From the human T2T-CHM13v2.0 reference genome, Homo sapiens: a DNA stretch of 64,000 nucleotides. Positions 42,559 through 63,535 of this stretch are shown here, one piece after another. The first letter of the stretch is position 1, and every line of letters starts with the position of its first letter. A program made the position numbers and the translations under genes. The stretch lies in assembly GCF_009914755.1 (NCBI RefSeq), contig NC_060931.1. One strand, given 5' to 3'. The notes beneath the pieces are model-generated. The model saw only the letters and a list, made by a program, of their open reading frames with translations. It was not told the DNA's origin and did not search any database.

Positions 42559-43107
42559 CTAAAGAGTGTTTTCCAGCTTGGTTCCATTCTCCCTGTCACT
42601 TTCAGGTACACTAATCAAATGTAGGTTTGGTCTTTTCACATAGCCCCATATTTCTTGGAGGCTTTGTTTGTTCCTTTTGATTCTTTTTTCTCTAATCTTG
42701 TCTTCATGCTTTATTTCATTAAGTTGATCTTCAATCTTGGATACGCTTTCTTCTGCTTGATCGATTCGGCTATTGATACTTGTGTATGCTTCACGAAGTT
42801 CTCGTGCTGTGTTTTTTAGCTCCATCAGGTCATTTATGTTCCTCTCTAAACTGGTTATTCTAGTTAGCAATTCATCTAACCTTTTTTCAAAGTTCTTAGC
42901 TTCTTTGCATTGGGTTAGAACATGCTCCTTTAGCTTGGAGGAGTTTGTTATTACCCATGTTCTGAAGCCTACTTCTGTCAATTCGTCAAACTCATTCTCC
43001 ATCCAGTTTTGTTCCCTTACTGGCAAAGAGTTGTGATGATCCTTTGGAGGAGAAGAGGCATTCTGGTTTTTGGAATTTTCAGCCTTTTTGTGCTGGTTTT
43101 TCCTCAT
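42559..43107 (-). pseudogene. L1 ORF1p remnant (coiled coil, 182 aa)
   Basis: Translation ...LMELKNTARELREAYTSINSRIDQAEE...SLQEIWGYVKRPNLHLI is L1 ORF1p. Confidence 0.92.
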
Positions 43108-43109
43108 CT

Positions 43110-44626
<1,517 letters not shown>

Positions 44627-44824
44627 TAAGAGTAAACAGGGTTCTGTATTCTGTATATAAAGAACTGACATAAGGAAGCATCCTTGAGTAGTGGAAATGG
44701 GTTTTCTAACCATGGCTTTAGTATTTAAATCTTCTGTACCTCTAATTTCTTACATAGTAAGTGGAAGTTCAACAACTGGAAGATCTCTGTGGTCTTTAGC
44801 GTCCTCACCCTCTCTCTATGCTTT

Positions 44825-45140
44825 CTCATTCAGCAAACATTTGTCAAGTGTCTACTCTGTGGCAGAATTTGTGTAAGAACTTGGGGATAGTCTGTCTTCA
44901 GATGAGCTCAGAGTCTAGTAGGAGAGAGGGGAAAGGGACAAAAGAGAAAAAAAAGCAATACTTGTAAGTCAACCGTTAGAAGCCAGTGTGGTGAGTGCCT
45001 CAAGAGTGATAATCACTTAGTGGTGGACCACTGAGGAGCCTCCCACTGGGGGTCAGGGTGCAGTGGGGGAGGTCTAGGAAGATTTCTTGGTAGAAATCAC
45101 ATTTAAGTAATCCTCAGGTAGTCAGCCAAGTGTATTAATG
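44825..45140 (-). mobile_element. L2 3' fragment
   Basis: tcattcagcaaacatttgtcaagtgtctactctgtggcag...gagctcagagtctagtagg. Confidence 0.7.
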
Positions 45141-47539
45141 GGCAAATGGCATTTTATGACAAAAGCTACTTGGTAATCATTTCATGCTTGAAATTTTGGA
45201 TAAATGAATTGCTAAAGATGACCAAGCAAGAAAAGACTGCAACGCTTTTTTTCTTTATTACCCATGGCCAGATTTCCTAGTTATTTTCTCATTGCAAAAG
45301 AATGTGAAACAAACTGATTAAGTGTAAAATAACTCTTAACTCTTATTTAGACTATCGTAGTCATCTTCAAAACTCTTTGAGATCATCTTGAGAATTCACA
45401 GTTTTCTATTCTTTTTGTTGCTAGCAGGTGAAATTATGTACCTTTGGAACCCTCTGTATGGGTCAGTCTGTGGTACTCACAGTAGTCTTTATATAGGAGT
45501 GTTTGCATGTGATTGCAGGTCAGCGGAGAAGCAAACAAAGCAATAACCAAAAAAGGTGTGCTGAAAGTTGCTGTTTCAACTCATAGACATAGTAATCTAG
45601 TTGAAGTATTTTAACAATCTCTTCAGTGCTATTCAGAAGACAAATACATTGAACTTTGTTAATCTATTGAGATTTTCAGGATTTTTAAATTGGTTAGGAT
45701 ATAAGAATTCTTTCTTCCTAAGTTTTTCCCTTTGCTTTCATAGTCATTTCCTTTAAAACCTGATTTAAAGCTTTGTGTTGAAGAAGGCTTCCATCATTAC
45801 AAACTCTCCTTATGCAATTTATTTACATACTTCAGTACAACTTATTACCCAGTTTGTATTCTCATAATGAGTTGATTCTAAATTAAAATACAGAGATATT
45901 TCTGTTATGGCCATGATGACCCAGGCACACATAGAAGGTGGCTGTGGGATGTGAATAATAATGCCTAATTTTAATTCATAAAAGCAGTTGTCTGTTTTTT
46001 CATACAACCTTGGTATTGTACTGTACTTATTACTGGTCTTTTGTACTGTGTATATATGGTCTTGTTATTTTTATTAGGTAGTTTATCTAAGTTTTAGTTC
46101 TAGTTATGTAAGTGGATAAGATTCACATTGATTTTGACTTTCATGATTTATTACATTAATGCAAATCAAACATTGACCAGAGAGAAAAGCAACAACCTTT
46201 CTTAGATGAAACAATGCATTCCTAACTTATGCTGTTAGGACCAATTTTTTTTTTTTTTCCCTGCAAATGTGACAGGCTTCTTGTTCTCTAGCAGTGACCT
46301 CTACCTTGGCCCTGACTCAGCTGGTATGATGGTTCTTTGTGCAAATATTTTCTCAACCTTCAATTTGTCACAAGTAGCTAAGCATTATCCCGTGAATAAT
46401 AGATTTATGATTTTGCTAGCATTAGCACAGTGACTAGGATACTAACTTATTCCAGCTGTGTTTCCTGGGTTTGAGTTTTCTTCCCAGGAACTGGCCTTTC
46501 TGAGCAAGAAGAGAATGAATGGCCGATTAAGTAGATTTGCAGTAGGTGTACACTGGCAGCCTAGAGGAAGATTAATCTGAAGACAGGTTGAGAGCACCTG
46601 GAACATTTTAGGATTTAGGTGATCTGACTATTAAGTGTTGCCAAGTCATGGGACCTGGTAACTACCATGTTACTGATGGGGAGACTGGATCTTAGAGAGT
46701 TAGAGGATCTTGTCAAAAAGTCATCCCATTCTAAATTTAATACACTCTTACTGAATCCAAGTTTCATGTTCTTTCCATTCCATAACAGTTATAAAGACCA
46801 ATGGAATGAATAGATTCTTAATGGTAAGGAAATAATGACTTCCTGGACACAATATATTTTTAAAAACCGGAAGTAGAAATTACTTCGTACTTTTCCAGGA
46901 TGTTTCAGTCATTTAAAACAATGCTGAGATTTCACTTCCTTCACTTTTTTGCTTTATGAGATTTTGTCCCTTGTCTTAAATACTGTGAAAACAAGAAACC
47001 TCCACAAAATATTGAAGCAAGAAATATATCTACCACATCATAAAAATAATGTGTTTTTATATTTTGGTTATTGTTTACTAAGTTATTTTCTACCTTAGGT
47101 TATAAACTAGAGTTGAAAAGGGCTGAACTGCTTATTTTTAAAAAGTGATTTAATAAGATTATTGTTTAGGAGATGTAGAGAGAATGATAGGCTAAAAAAA
47201 TGCCTTGAATTGTAATGATGTCATGTGTTGAGAACCAAAAAGCGAGTTTGGGACTTAAGCATTCCCTTGAAGAATAGATGGATAAGAAAAAAAGTGAACG
47301 TTATAGATTTTGGAGAGTTGAACTGTTGGTGGTGGAGAATGACAGACTAAAATGAATATAGTAAGTGAGATAGGAATTAGCATGTTGAATGAACATTTGT
47401 AATCAGAGTAGATAATTCATAGGGGACAAGAGAGAGATAGGGATTAGATAGTGTCAGAATTAGGAAGATGACCTTTATTTATGGTATATAAGTCAAGTTA
47501 TAGAACAGAGAAAACAAAAGTGGTGTTTTAGAAATTTTA

Positions 47540-47851
47540 TTTTTTTTCTTTCTTTCTTTTTTTTTTTTTTTGAGAAAATGTCTCGCTCTATTGCCCAGGC
47601 TGGAGTGCAGTGGCACAATCATAGCTCACTGTTGCCTCAACCTCAAGGCTCAAGTGATCTTTCCATCTCAGCCTCCCAAGTAGCTGGAATTACAGGCGCA
47701 TGCTGTCACATCCAGCTAATTTTTTATTTTTCGTAGAGACAGGGTCTCATTATGTTGCCTAGGCTGGTCTCAGACTACTGAGCTCAAGCAATCCTTCCAC
47801 TTCAGCCTCCCTAAGTGCTAGGATTGCAGGCATGAGCCACTATGCCTGACC
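47540..47851 (-). mobile_element. AluJ (Jo-like), within probable ancient L2 ORF2 sequence (about 47150-48370)
   Basis: atcatagctcactg, tatgttgcctagg, gagctcaagcaatcc; TSD agaaatttta on both sides. Confidence 0.92.
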
Positions 47852-48645
47852 TCAGAAATTTTAATTTGAGGAAATGTAGACACCATTTAGGAAATTGATT
47901 GTGGTTTTAGGATCCTGCACTCTGGCAACAATAGTAGGCTTTGAGAGATGAAGGATGTGATATTCGATGAACTGCATGAGTTAAGGATGAATCTGAGATA
48001 GAGGTTCTGAAACTTGAGTGTGTATTAGGATCGCCTAAGGAGCTTGGTAAGGTTCTGATTTTGGCAGGTTGGGTAAGAGGACAGAAATTGCATTTTTAAA
48101 GGCAGTCTCGGCATTTCTGATGTAAATGGTAAACAAGTTCCTAGCCAGAGACACCAGGATAATCATAGATAGAGAAATGGAAATTAGGAGAATAGTTTTA
48201 TAAGATGAAATGGTAAGTTTAGTTTTGGATAAGTTGAGTGTTATCTTTATATATTGCAATGAGTTTGATGACAGGACATCCAAATGGAACGAGCTGTCCA
48301 ATAAAAATAGATCTTTGTGTTGGATTGTAGTGTGAGAGTGGATGATGTATCAGAGGAAGGTGTTGGAAAAAGAACAAGAGCATGTCCTTTTCTTCTGATT
48401 AATTCATCTAAGAAACACTGGGGCAGTGATGGGTCTCTTTAGTTACGTCAGGTCAACACAGTTTCATTCTTGTTTCTCTTCTAAAAAAACATTGACGCTT
48501 CTTGTTTTATTTTCTTAACTCCTGGGAAACGTACATAAATGTCTTTGCCACAGTCAAGCTGGTCTTGACTGGATAACAGCATTTTCAATCACTAAAGTCA
48601 GCTATTTGAGTTGTTCAGTAGAGGCACATTAAAATAACTCATAAA

Positions 48646-48800
48646 TAAGTCAAGACAAGTTATAGAGAAGAGAAAGTTATAGAGAAGAGAAAACAGAAAT
48701 GGTGTTTTAATTTGAGGAAATATAGACACCATACAGGAAATTGATTGTAGTTTTAAGATCCTGGGCTCTGGTAAGCAGTAATAGAATTTGAGAGGAAAGT
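48646..48800 (+). repeat. Local duplicate of the sequence flanking the 47.5 kb AluJ
   Basis: Matches 47489-47530 joined to 47858-47950 (aatttgaggaaat(a/g)tagacaccat..aggaaattgattgt.gtttta.gatcctg). Confidence 0.85.
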
Positions 48801-50180
48801 TTATAGTATCTGATATGTCCCTATATATAAATGATTCTTAATCCATATTTTTCAGGACCCTTAGGGAGCTTTTCAGATAAGTTTAGCTAGCATTTTTAAA
48901 TTATTGAAAAAATGAACTCTTCTCTTAATTTGGAAAAAAAATACTGTGTTGCAGTCTTTAGAAGAATCTTAGTATATAACATACTCTGGTCTCAAAATCA
49001 AATAAGCAGTGACATTGTGCTATAACCTAAAAATTGATATGAATCACTGTGATAAAGGAAGTTTACTCTAGTTTATTCATAGATGAAGAAAAGTAGCCTG
49101 GTAGCTTGAAGCTGTTCTTTTAGCTTTGCTGCAGATTTATAAAATGTTCAACATTTCCATTTACCTCTGGACAGGCTGTAGTTTTTTTTTGTTTTTTTTT
49201 TTTTTTTTTTTTTTTTTAAGGATTAAGATCCTTGAAGCTAGAGGTCTTTGAAACTGCATCTGAGTGGAAGAGGTCTAGTGTAAAGTGACTCATTCTTAAA
49301 CATATTCAGAAATGCTGTGGGCCAAATTGAATCCCTTGAAATATAACCTGTATACACAGTTTCCAGAACATGAGCTAGTTGTGTTTCAGAAGTTTATGTG
49401 TAAGACAGCTGTTTGGAACTCAGAACACATTTTTTTTTTCCTTATTGAAGCAGTACAAAAATTACTGGCTATGTTCCCAGGCCAGTTCACAAATATTTTT
49501 CACCCAAATGTACTTTAAGTATTAACTGTACAATTTCCATTTATTGAGTTGATATTTTTGTTTCTGTGGGAAAATATATCCCAAATCAGTTTGAAAGAAA
49601 TAGGTTATCTTTGCTTAGCTGGATTGGGGTCTTCTCAGAAGATGTCACTGGTCATTCATAAAAACCAGTAATTTATTAATTGTACATTTTTAACCCCTTC
49701 CTCTCAATTATAAAGGTACAATTTCAGGTTATTCATTCCCCTAGTGATTACTATTTTAGAAAGTAGCCCCGGTTTCTCTGTCTTCCTCTTTCTTTACTTT
49801 CTCTTTTCTCTCTAAATGTTGGGTCATTATTAAGTTTATGTCTCTATATCAGGGATTGTGTGTTCAGGTTTGGTTACAAAATGGTTAGTGCTCCTGTATT
49901 TTTTTTAGCCAGCATTGATTAACAGAGTTAATCACTTTCTGTCTTTAAAAGAGACTGATAAGGGCTTATGATATAAAGTTTATTTGGGAAATTATCTGTT
50001 ATCTGTCAAGTATGGTGATGACTGGTATTGTACAGGACAGAAAACTAAAATACCTACTAAATTATTAATAACATAAAATAATACAAAAATTATTACGGCA
50101 TTGTTTATTATGTTGGATTTTAGTTCTTTGGTGAGTCATGCATAATACATTATCTGTTATATTTAACATGTTTTATTCTT

Positions 50181-50429
50181 TTTTTTTTTTTTTGAGATGA
50201 AGTCTCGCTCTGTCACCCAGGCTGGAGTGCAGTGGTGTGATCTCGGCCCACTGCACCTCTGACTCCTGGGTTCAGGCGATTCTCCTGCCTCAGCCTCCCG
50301 AGTAGCTGAGACTATAGGCATGTGCCACCACGTCTGGCTAATTTTTTATATTTTTAGTGGAGACGGGGTTTCAGTGTGTTAGCCAGGATGGTCTCGATCT
50401 CCTGACCTCGTGATCCACCTATCTCAGCC
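50181..50429 (-). mobile_element. 5'-truncated Alu (Sc8/Y-like) with 17-bp TSD
   Basis: taacatgttttattctt at 50164-50180 and 50430-50446; gtgttagccaggatggtctcgatctcc. Confidence 0.93.
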
Positions 50430-50619
50430 TAACATGTTTTATTCTTAATGCATATTTTGTTTTGACTGGTTGTGGTTGGTGAATATATGTGTTCATTAAA
50501 TAAAAGAGGTTCTTTTTAGCAGGGAGTAAGGCTGTTTTAACTTCAGCCTCAGGGAATGTTTTACTTTGATGGGATGGCTGTTATTTTGAATGGAATCAAG
50601 GATCTGGAATCTTTTATTT

Positions 50620-51894
<1,275 letters not shown>

Positions 51895-52594
51895 CATCTT
51901 GGGCTTCTTGTGGTGACTGATATGAAGGGGATAAAGTGAGTGTTTAGCTCCAGTGTCTTCAAAGTAGATTGTGATGCAAAGCCTGTGAACGTTGAGGGAT
52001 AGGGAATGGGGAGTGGCATAATTCTCCTAGGCCATAAAGTGATTTCTTATAAGATACCTAGCTAAGGAATAATCTAGGAGAGTAAATTGTTTCAGTTTAC
52101 CTGAGATTGAATTGTACCAAAAAGCCAAATTATGGCTATCTACTAAATATAGAGCCTGCATGTTTTTAATTGATTTATGATTATAGAGTAGACTAAATTT
52201 TTATGTGACATGTAAATGGCTACTGAAAGAATAAATGCTTGAAAGACTGAATAAATATTACAGATTCTCCTTCAGTAAAGTTATGAAAGCCTGATAAATA
52301 ATTCTAGGCATGATAGTATTTTTCCTAAAAACTTACTCCTTTTCTTGGAGGCTGCTTAAAAATTTTACATTGCCAATTCATTTCTCGACACTTTTTTCTA
52401 TCTTGATCTTTTTTTTGTGGGCTGCATTCATTTTCATTCAGTGGTTTCTTCGCTGAGTGCTTTTCCCAAAATAAACACCAGTCATATTTAGAATGAAATA
52501 ATGACCTAGTGTAAGTATTCTGAATACTGTTTCAACTTTTCAACATTTCTGAAAATTCTAGACTGATTTATTTTCCAGAATCCATTTAATTTAG

Positions 52595-52930
<336 letters not shown>

Positions 52931-53922
52931 AACATCAACATTTGTAGTGATAGAATTTGAGTTGTTTAGATCAAGTTTATGGTGCTTTCTGGGCAAATTC
53001 TGAAGGGAGAGACAGTTGGTTTACTATTAGAGTTTACTTGTTTGAGCAAACTCTTTTATTTTGTTAATCAGATTTGTCATATATTTGTAGTGCCAGATTA
53101 CATTTTTAGTTTTTCTGCAATAAATTGTATTAAATTCAGTTTATTAATAGCCAGGTATATCCTGTATATCTCCATTAGTGAGTCTTTATAGGAGAGTGTA
53201 GCTGTTAATCAGTGCTGTCTCTGTGAATTTTCTTGGAGATCTCTCAATGGGATTTGTGGTTTGAGTGTATCACCCTTAGGTTTTTACAAAAGATAATAAG
53301 CACTAATGTTAAATGCTACTTAGCAAATGGATGCAAAGCTTTGACAGTAATTTTAGGTTATTTCTAGATAGTGTGGACTTAAAAAAAGTTTTTTAGAAAG
53401 CTGTTTTCAGTTGACTTAGAGTTACTTGTAATCTGTTATTATCAAGGTCACCCCATGGAAGATCTCTGAATACCCAATGAGGCAAGTGTCATTATTACCT
53501 CTTAATTTTCTCCAGGGGAAACACCAAATTCTGTGGTGGCTTAGGTGAAGGAGTAAGGCTCTTTACTCAGCTTTTGTTTTTAATTGTAACTGTGCAGATG
53601 TCTCCTATGTCCTATGGCCAGTTATTTAAAATAGTGAAAGCCAAATGCTAGTTTGGTGGTGTGCAGGCATAACTCAATTATCTGACAAGAGAAAAAGAAT
53701 GGTTGAGTATATGTTACTTTGGTTGACAATGTTAAAGGTATTTTTTTTTGGTTTTGGGGTACCTTTTTAGTATTTACCTGTAAGGATTGAAATATTAAGT
53801 CAGAAAATTCATAATACTTGTGAATTGGTATAATTGTCTAGACTAATGCTTCTTTTACCATTGGCGTAATTGTCTAGATTGATGCTTGTTCTTAAAATTT
53901 GGCCACAACTCTACACTCTAAG

Positions 53923-54144
53923 CTGGGGTGTCCAATCTTTTGGCTTCCCTGGGTCACACTGGAAGAAGAATCGCCTTGGGCCACACATGAAATATACTAA
54001 CAATAGCTGATGAGCTAAAAAAAAAAAAAAAAAAATCACAGAAAATCTCATAATGTTTAAGAAAGTTTACGAATTTGTGTTGGGCCGCTTTCAAAGCCAC
54101 CCTGGGCCTCATGCGGCCCGTGGGCCACAGGTTGGACAAGCTTG
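53923..54144 (+). mobile_element. MER30 hAT-Charlie MITE
   Basis: ggggtgtccaatcttttggcttccctggg...ggttggacaagcttg; flanking ctctaag repeat. Confidence 0.93.
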
Positions 54145-54303
54145 CTCTAAGCAGTGCATTGGCACATTTATGTGCGTGTGTGTGTATTAATATTGTATTA
54201 ATATTACAGTTATATATATAAAATAAAAGTTTCATGAAATAGTACTTACTTTTACATTGTACAGTACATTCTAATACTTTTCTAGCTGTTTATAAAATAT
54301 TCA

Positions 54304-54455
54304 GTTTTTGAGACAGGGTCTCACTCTGTCGCTCAGGCTAGAGTGTGGTGACGCAACCTCCTGGGCTCAGGTAATCCTCTCACCTCAGCCTCCCAAGTAG
54401 CTGGGACTACAGGCGCATGCTACCATGCCCAGTTTAGTGTTTTTTTTTTTTTTTA
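54304..54455 (-). mobile_element. AluJ/FRAM fragment with internal deletion
   Basis: gagacagggtctcactctgtc...ctcctgggctcaggtaatcc...catgcccag. Confidence 0.85.
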
Positions 54456-55067
54456 GAAAAAGTTGGACATGAGCTAAATTGATTTCATAACCCTTACTGA
54501 GTCATAACTTGCTTTTTGAAAAATCCTGGCCTACCTTATCTCTGAGGTGCCGCACAACTATGGAGTATGTTACTGTGACAGTGTACATAAAAATAACTTC
54601 TTTGATCTGGGTTCTTATGAGAAGGATAAAAATATTGAATATTACTCAAAGCCCACTGACCATAAGAAAGTGATCTCTACCATCAGATAATTTTAAAAAT
54701 GCATATAGAAGAGTCATATATTTGTATAACTAATCTTTGTTGAGTGGCATCTGTGTGCCACGCTCTGAACTTACCACTGCCTATTTGAAGGTGAACAAAC
54801 AGGCCGTCCTTATCTCCAGGAATTTCAGTGTAGTGGAAGAGATAATAAGCAAGTGAATAAATATTTGTAAATTGCTGTGCAGCTGTGCTAGAGAATAATG
54901 GGAGATGGTTGCTTGCTCACAGTTTTTCATCATCTCATTTGTATCTAGCTTAAAGAAGAAAATGTGAGCTAGAAGCTTAGGTTTTTGGTCTCAGATGTCA
55001 CATTCTTTCTGTTGAGTAGGGTACCCTTGTTCCCATAAACCTTCTTAGGCAGGGGGCCCAGTGTACT

Positions 55068-55370
55068 TATTTATTTATTTTTTTTGAGACACAGTCTCAC
55101 TCTGTCGCCCAGGCTGTAGTGCAGTGGCAAGATCTCGATCTCGGCTCACTGCAACCTCTGTCTCTCAGGTTCAAGCAATTCTCCTGCCTCAGCCTCCTGA
55201 ATTGCTGAGACTACAGGAGTGCGCTACCGCAGCCGGCTAATTTTTGTATTTTTAGTACAGATGGGGTTTCACCATGTTGGCCAGGCTGGTCTCAAACTCC
55301 TGACCTCTGATGAGCCTGCCTCAGCCTCCCAAAGTGTTGGGTTTACAGGCATGAGCCACTGTGCCTGGCC
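55068..55370 (-). mobile_element. AluS (Sx/Sz-like)
   Basis: Full dimer ending gagccactgtgcctggcc; internal gatctc duplication. Confidence 0.93.
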
Positions 55371-55645
55371 TACGTTTTTTTTAAAAAAAACTTATTATTA
55401 CAGATAATTATCTTGTGGGCATATTTTCACCTTGTATTACAGATAATTTTCTTTTCAACCTCCAGCTGGTGTTATTTTCAGGTGAAGTCTTCATCTTAGG
55501 CTATTATACATACATATGTACATATATTCTAATACAATTTTGTATTTCTTGTCTTTTCACACTAGTGTCCATATTTTCATAGCAGTCATGAAGCAAAATT
55601 GAGGTTGTTACAAGTTGCTGTGATTATTACAGAGAAGAGTTTCTT

Positions 55646-59578
<3,933 letters not shown>

Positions 59579-60168
59579 AGAGGAGAGTTTCTTATGATTG
59601 AGGGCACTTGCCCCAATTCTTCTCTATTACTCTATAAAAAAATGGAATCATAAAATTTTCTTTCAGATTGTTAAATATTCTTCAACTTAATTTTAATAGC
59701 TAATGGCAATTGCCATGTATGGATGGATATGAGAAAGTTTTCAGAAAAATGAGATATTTATCTTGAGGAAGATTTGGCTGTTGGGAGGAGGAGACATAAT
59801 AGCTTTTTTCAGATATTCAGTGTAAGTGAGTTTGCACAAGTTTTAAAATCTTTGGAAGCTAACTTGATATCAGCAAGCAAAAAATATAATGGAGAAAATT
59901 TTGATGGTTGGGGAAAGTTTGTAGCACTGGTTTTGGTGAATAATATGTTAGGTAGGTTCTTTCAAGGTTGTGTTATACTTTTACCACTACCATTATTTTC
60001 TTTTTAGTTAAACTTGCATTTCCATTGCTCAAATTCTAGAAGAACCTGTTCTGTTGTCTCTTCCTTTTCCAATATTCTTGTCCACTTGACTTCATGCTCT
60101 CTTATAATAAAATTATTAAAATTATTGTTACATGGATTAAAATATTGACATTCAGAAATAGATTCATG

Positions 60169-60605
60169 CTTCTCTGCAACATGGATGAACCTGGAGGACA
60201 TTATACTAAGTGAACTAAGTCAGGCACAGAAAGATAAATACTGTGTTCTCACTCATATATAGGAGCTAAAACATGAGCGGATAGAGGTAGAGAGTAGAAT
60301 TGTGGTTATTAGAGGCTAGGAGAGGTTGGTTAACAGATACAAAATTATAGCTAGAAGAGAGGAATAAATTCCAGTGTTGTACAGCAATGTAGGATGATTA
60401 TGGGTAACAGTAATTTAGTGTATATTTTCAAAAAGCTAGAAGATTTTGAATGTTCACAGCACAAAATGATAAATGTTTGAGGTGCTGCATATCTTAATTA
60501 TCCAGATTTAATCATTATACACTGGATACACAGGCATTGAAATAGCACACTGTATTCCATGAATATGTACAATTATTATGTGTCAATTAAAAAGAAAAGG
60601 GAAAA
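60169..60605 (+). mobile_element. L1MA (MA4/5-like) 3' end with 15-bp TSD
   Basis: gcaacatggatgaacctggaggacattat...gtacaattattatgtgtcaattaaaa; agaaatagatt(c/t)atg at 60154-60168 and 60606-60620. Confidence 0.9.
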
Positions 60606-62871
60606 AGAAATAGATTTATGATTTTGACTTTTGAATAGACTATATACTTTTAAAAAGCTGCTGCTGCTTCTAGTTTTAGGTAACTTTGTTTTGTCTTTTT
60701 TATTATAAGATTGGCTTATGCCAGATCTTTAATGTTGTAAAAGTATCCATTGCTCACCAGCCATATAGGAGCTGGCCAGTAGGGTTTGGGCAGCAGCCTT
60801 TGGTGTGGAGCTGTTCTCTTGTCGGGGTATGGATTGGGCCACTTTTCTCTTATAATTGATAACATGAACTATCCAGTTCCTTGGTGATCTCAAAGTAAGA
60901 GACCAGTGAAGTTTAGGAATAAAAATAAAATGTTTGCAAATGGTCAGAAATTGATAAAATATCAACCAGAGGAGAACATTGTGTGGTTGACAAAGTAGGG
61001 AATATTTGTCGTTTTCAAACCTTTTTCTCTTTTAAACCTAGCTTTGGCTGTGGCTCTGCTGTTTATGTCACATAAAGTAATTCATTCTGTTGTGTCCTAT
61101 TCAGCAGATAAGCAGCGTCTCAAAATTTATTTAAAAGAAAAAATTGTAAATTTAGTGAAACTGCAAATATGGTTGAAGATTTAGAAATTAAATCCTATTA
61201 AGAAAACAGTATCTTAACTATATAGATAAAGTAATACTCCTTTTGCATCAAGTGTGATAGTAGGAGAGGAGGTATTTCTTCCAGTAAAAATCAAGATGTA
61301 TTCGTATCCTTTGAGCTAGTAAGCCTACTTCTCATAGTGTATTCTATGTAAATAATTCAAAAGGATGAAAGTTCTCTGTAGCGTTATTTAAACTAGTGAA
61401 CAGTCACATACCCTTACCCTAAAAGTGACACATTTTAGGTATCTTCCCTGAATGCTATTTTATGCAACCATTGAAAGGGATATTTATGAAATTATTTATA
61501 GTGGTATGGGACATGTAAAAATGTTTTATAAAATGCAATTTGTACACTATTATGTATGAGCCATTTTTTAACTTTAAAAAGATGTTCTCTTCTTTTGAAA
61601 ACATGTTTAGAATAGTTGTTAGCTTATTTGCTAACTTACTATTATTGTTTTTTCTCAATTCCTCCTTATCTTATTACATACATTTGAGATGTTATTCAGA
61701 TTTCCAGCTTTATTCTCTTTGTAAAATATTAACTGTCATTTGAAGTACAGTTCTTGTCATGTTTTGCATTGTAAGTCACTTAATATTCTAACTTAAAGGT
61801 GATAAAACACATCCTACTGTGTATAAGTTTTATTTATTTGATTAAAAAAATAGTTAACACAGTAAATACTTGGAATTGGATCAGAGGTTCATTACCCTGG
61901 ACACTTGTGGGCTAAAGGCCTAGGAATTTTTCATCTGTTTCCAGATGGGAAACTCTGCCTGCTGATGTTTGGTCTTTATTACAATTAAAATACCAGAAAA
62001 TTTTGTTAGAAGGAGATATTGGGAATATGAAGACATAACCCAAATATGTGTATATTACAATTCTGGAGGAAATACCTCAGTTAAAACAAAACAAAAATCA
62101 AGAATATTAAAAGTCTTTTATAATTTGACAATAGATCCTCCATATCTTCTCATATTCTGGTGCTTATTTTACATATTTGTAACTTAAGTATTTAAGAAGA
62201 GACCTTTCCAATTTATTAAAAATTATTGGATAAGACACCAGCTCAACAGTTTAGTAAGTTTTTTTTGTTTTAGTAATGTTTCCAAGTGGTGACACTGTGT
62301 GTATTTAAGTAATTAGTGAATTGGAGGGATGAGCCAATTTCCAGCAGATCTGATTAGATCTGAAAACTAGGCTAAATAATTCCTAGTGAGTATAGAAACA
62401 GAATTTGAGTGTCTGAATTATGTAGGTATTTACTTCTGTTACATTTTCTTAACCTTTATTGAAAACAGTGGAAAAGTGAAATGAGAAACGTCTACTTTCT
62501 AAAAAAATGAAAATAAGAAGTTATGAGTCAAAATATATGTTGAGAGTAAACCATTCTGTAGGTGTAAAGTAGGCAGAGTTTCAGCTTTAGAATAGATGTA
62601 ATACAAATACATATACATATACTTATACTGTTTCATATCCTAACATCCTGGATTGATAACCTGCCTCCCACCCCATAATTTAGCCTGATTTTTTTTTTCA
62701 GTCCTTAGCTGTTCAGGAGTTTTAAAATTTGCATTAAATCTTTTAGGTTATTTTACTCCCATGTAAAACTACTGATTAAATTTGGTGAACCCTTTGACTT
62801 TACAACAGAAAACAATCAAAATAGTTAACTCTAAAACAATGGTTATCACAGTTTTGAGGACTCTTTTAGTC

Positions 62872-63028
62872 CAGTAGCTTTCAGATTTTAGCTTGCATCA
62901 GAATTACCTGGAAGTTTGGTTAGAAAAGTAGGTCTAAATGTAGCCTGAGAATGTGCATTTCTAACAAGTTTCCAGGTGATGTTAATGAGGCTGGTTTTAG
63001 AACCATATGTGAAAAAAAACCCCACTGA
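62872..63028. mobile_element. MER5A MITE
   Basis: gcatcagaattacctgga...cctgagaatgtgcatttctaacaagtttccaggtgatg. Confidence 0.85.
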
Positions 63029-63479
63029 CTTAGGGTTTCAAAGAGATGTAAAATTAACACTCTTATCTAGATACAAATAATGAGTTATCTAAGTATTGAA
63101 CACATTTTGAAGATTTTATTTAAGTCATTAATGATGGAACTAGTCAGATATTATAAACAGTTCAAAGAAGCACAAATTTATGTGGAGTAAAGGATATTGA
63201 ACTAAATTTCCAAGTGGTCAGCAAACTGACTTTCTATTGGGGGTAGTCAGTTGAACCTCCATGGGACAGAATTTTCTTGCATGTCTCCAGACTAGAATAA
63301 TTTACATTGCTCTCAGTTATCTACAGCAGTTAATCAACAATTTGAGTTGCAGTATAGCTCGAAGTCAATGAAAAGCTAGAATTAGAAAACGTGGAAGGTT
63401 TTGTACCACAAAGTCCATATTTTTTCATCTTGAGTGCACTGTCATCTTTTTTCTCATTCCCAATTTCCTTACAGTGGCT

Positions 63480-63535
63480 TTTTACCAAACTCCTCAGGTG
63501 ATTCTGATGCAGTCTGAAGTTTGAGAACCATCGGC
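63480..63535. mobile_element. MER5 terminal fragment
   Basis: ctcctcaggtgattctgatgcagtctgaagtttgagaacca. Confidence 0.7.

Noticed and set aside
44829-44850. tcagcaaacattt resembles the start of miR-545-3p
   Set aside because: Similarity stops after about 13 nt, there is no hairpin, and it is the L2 3' terminus.
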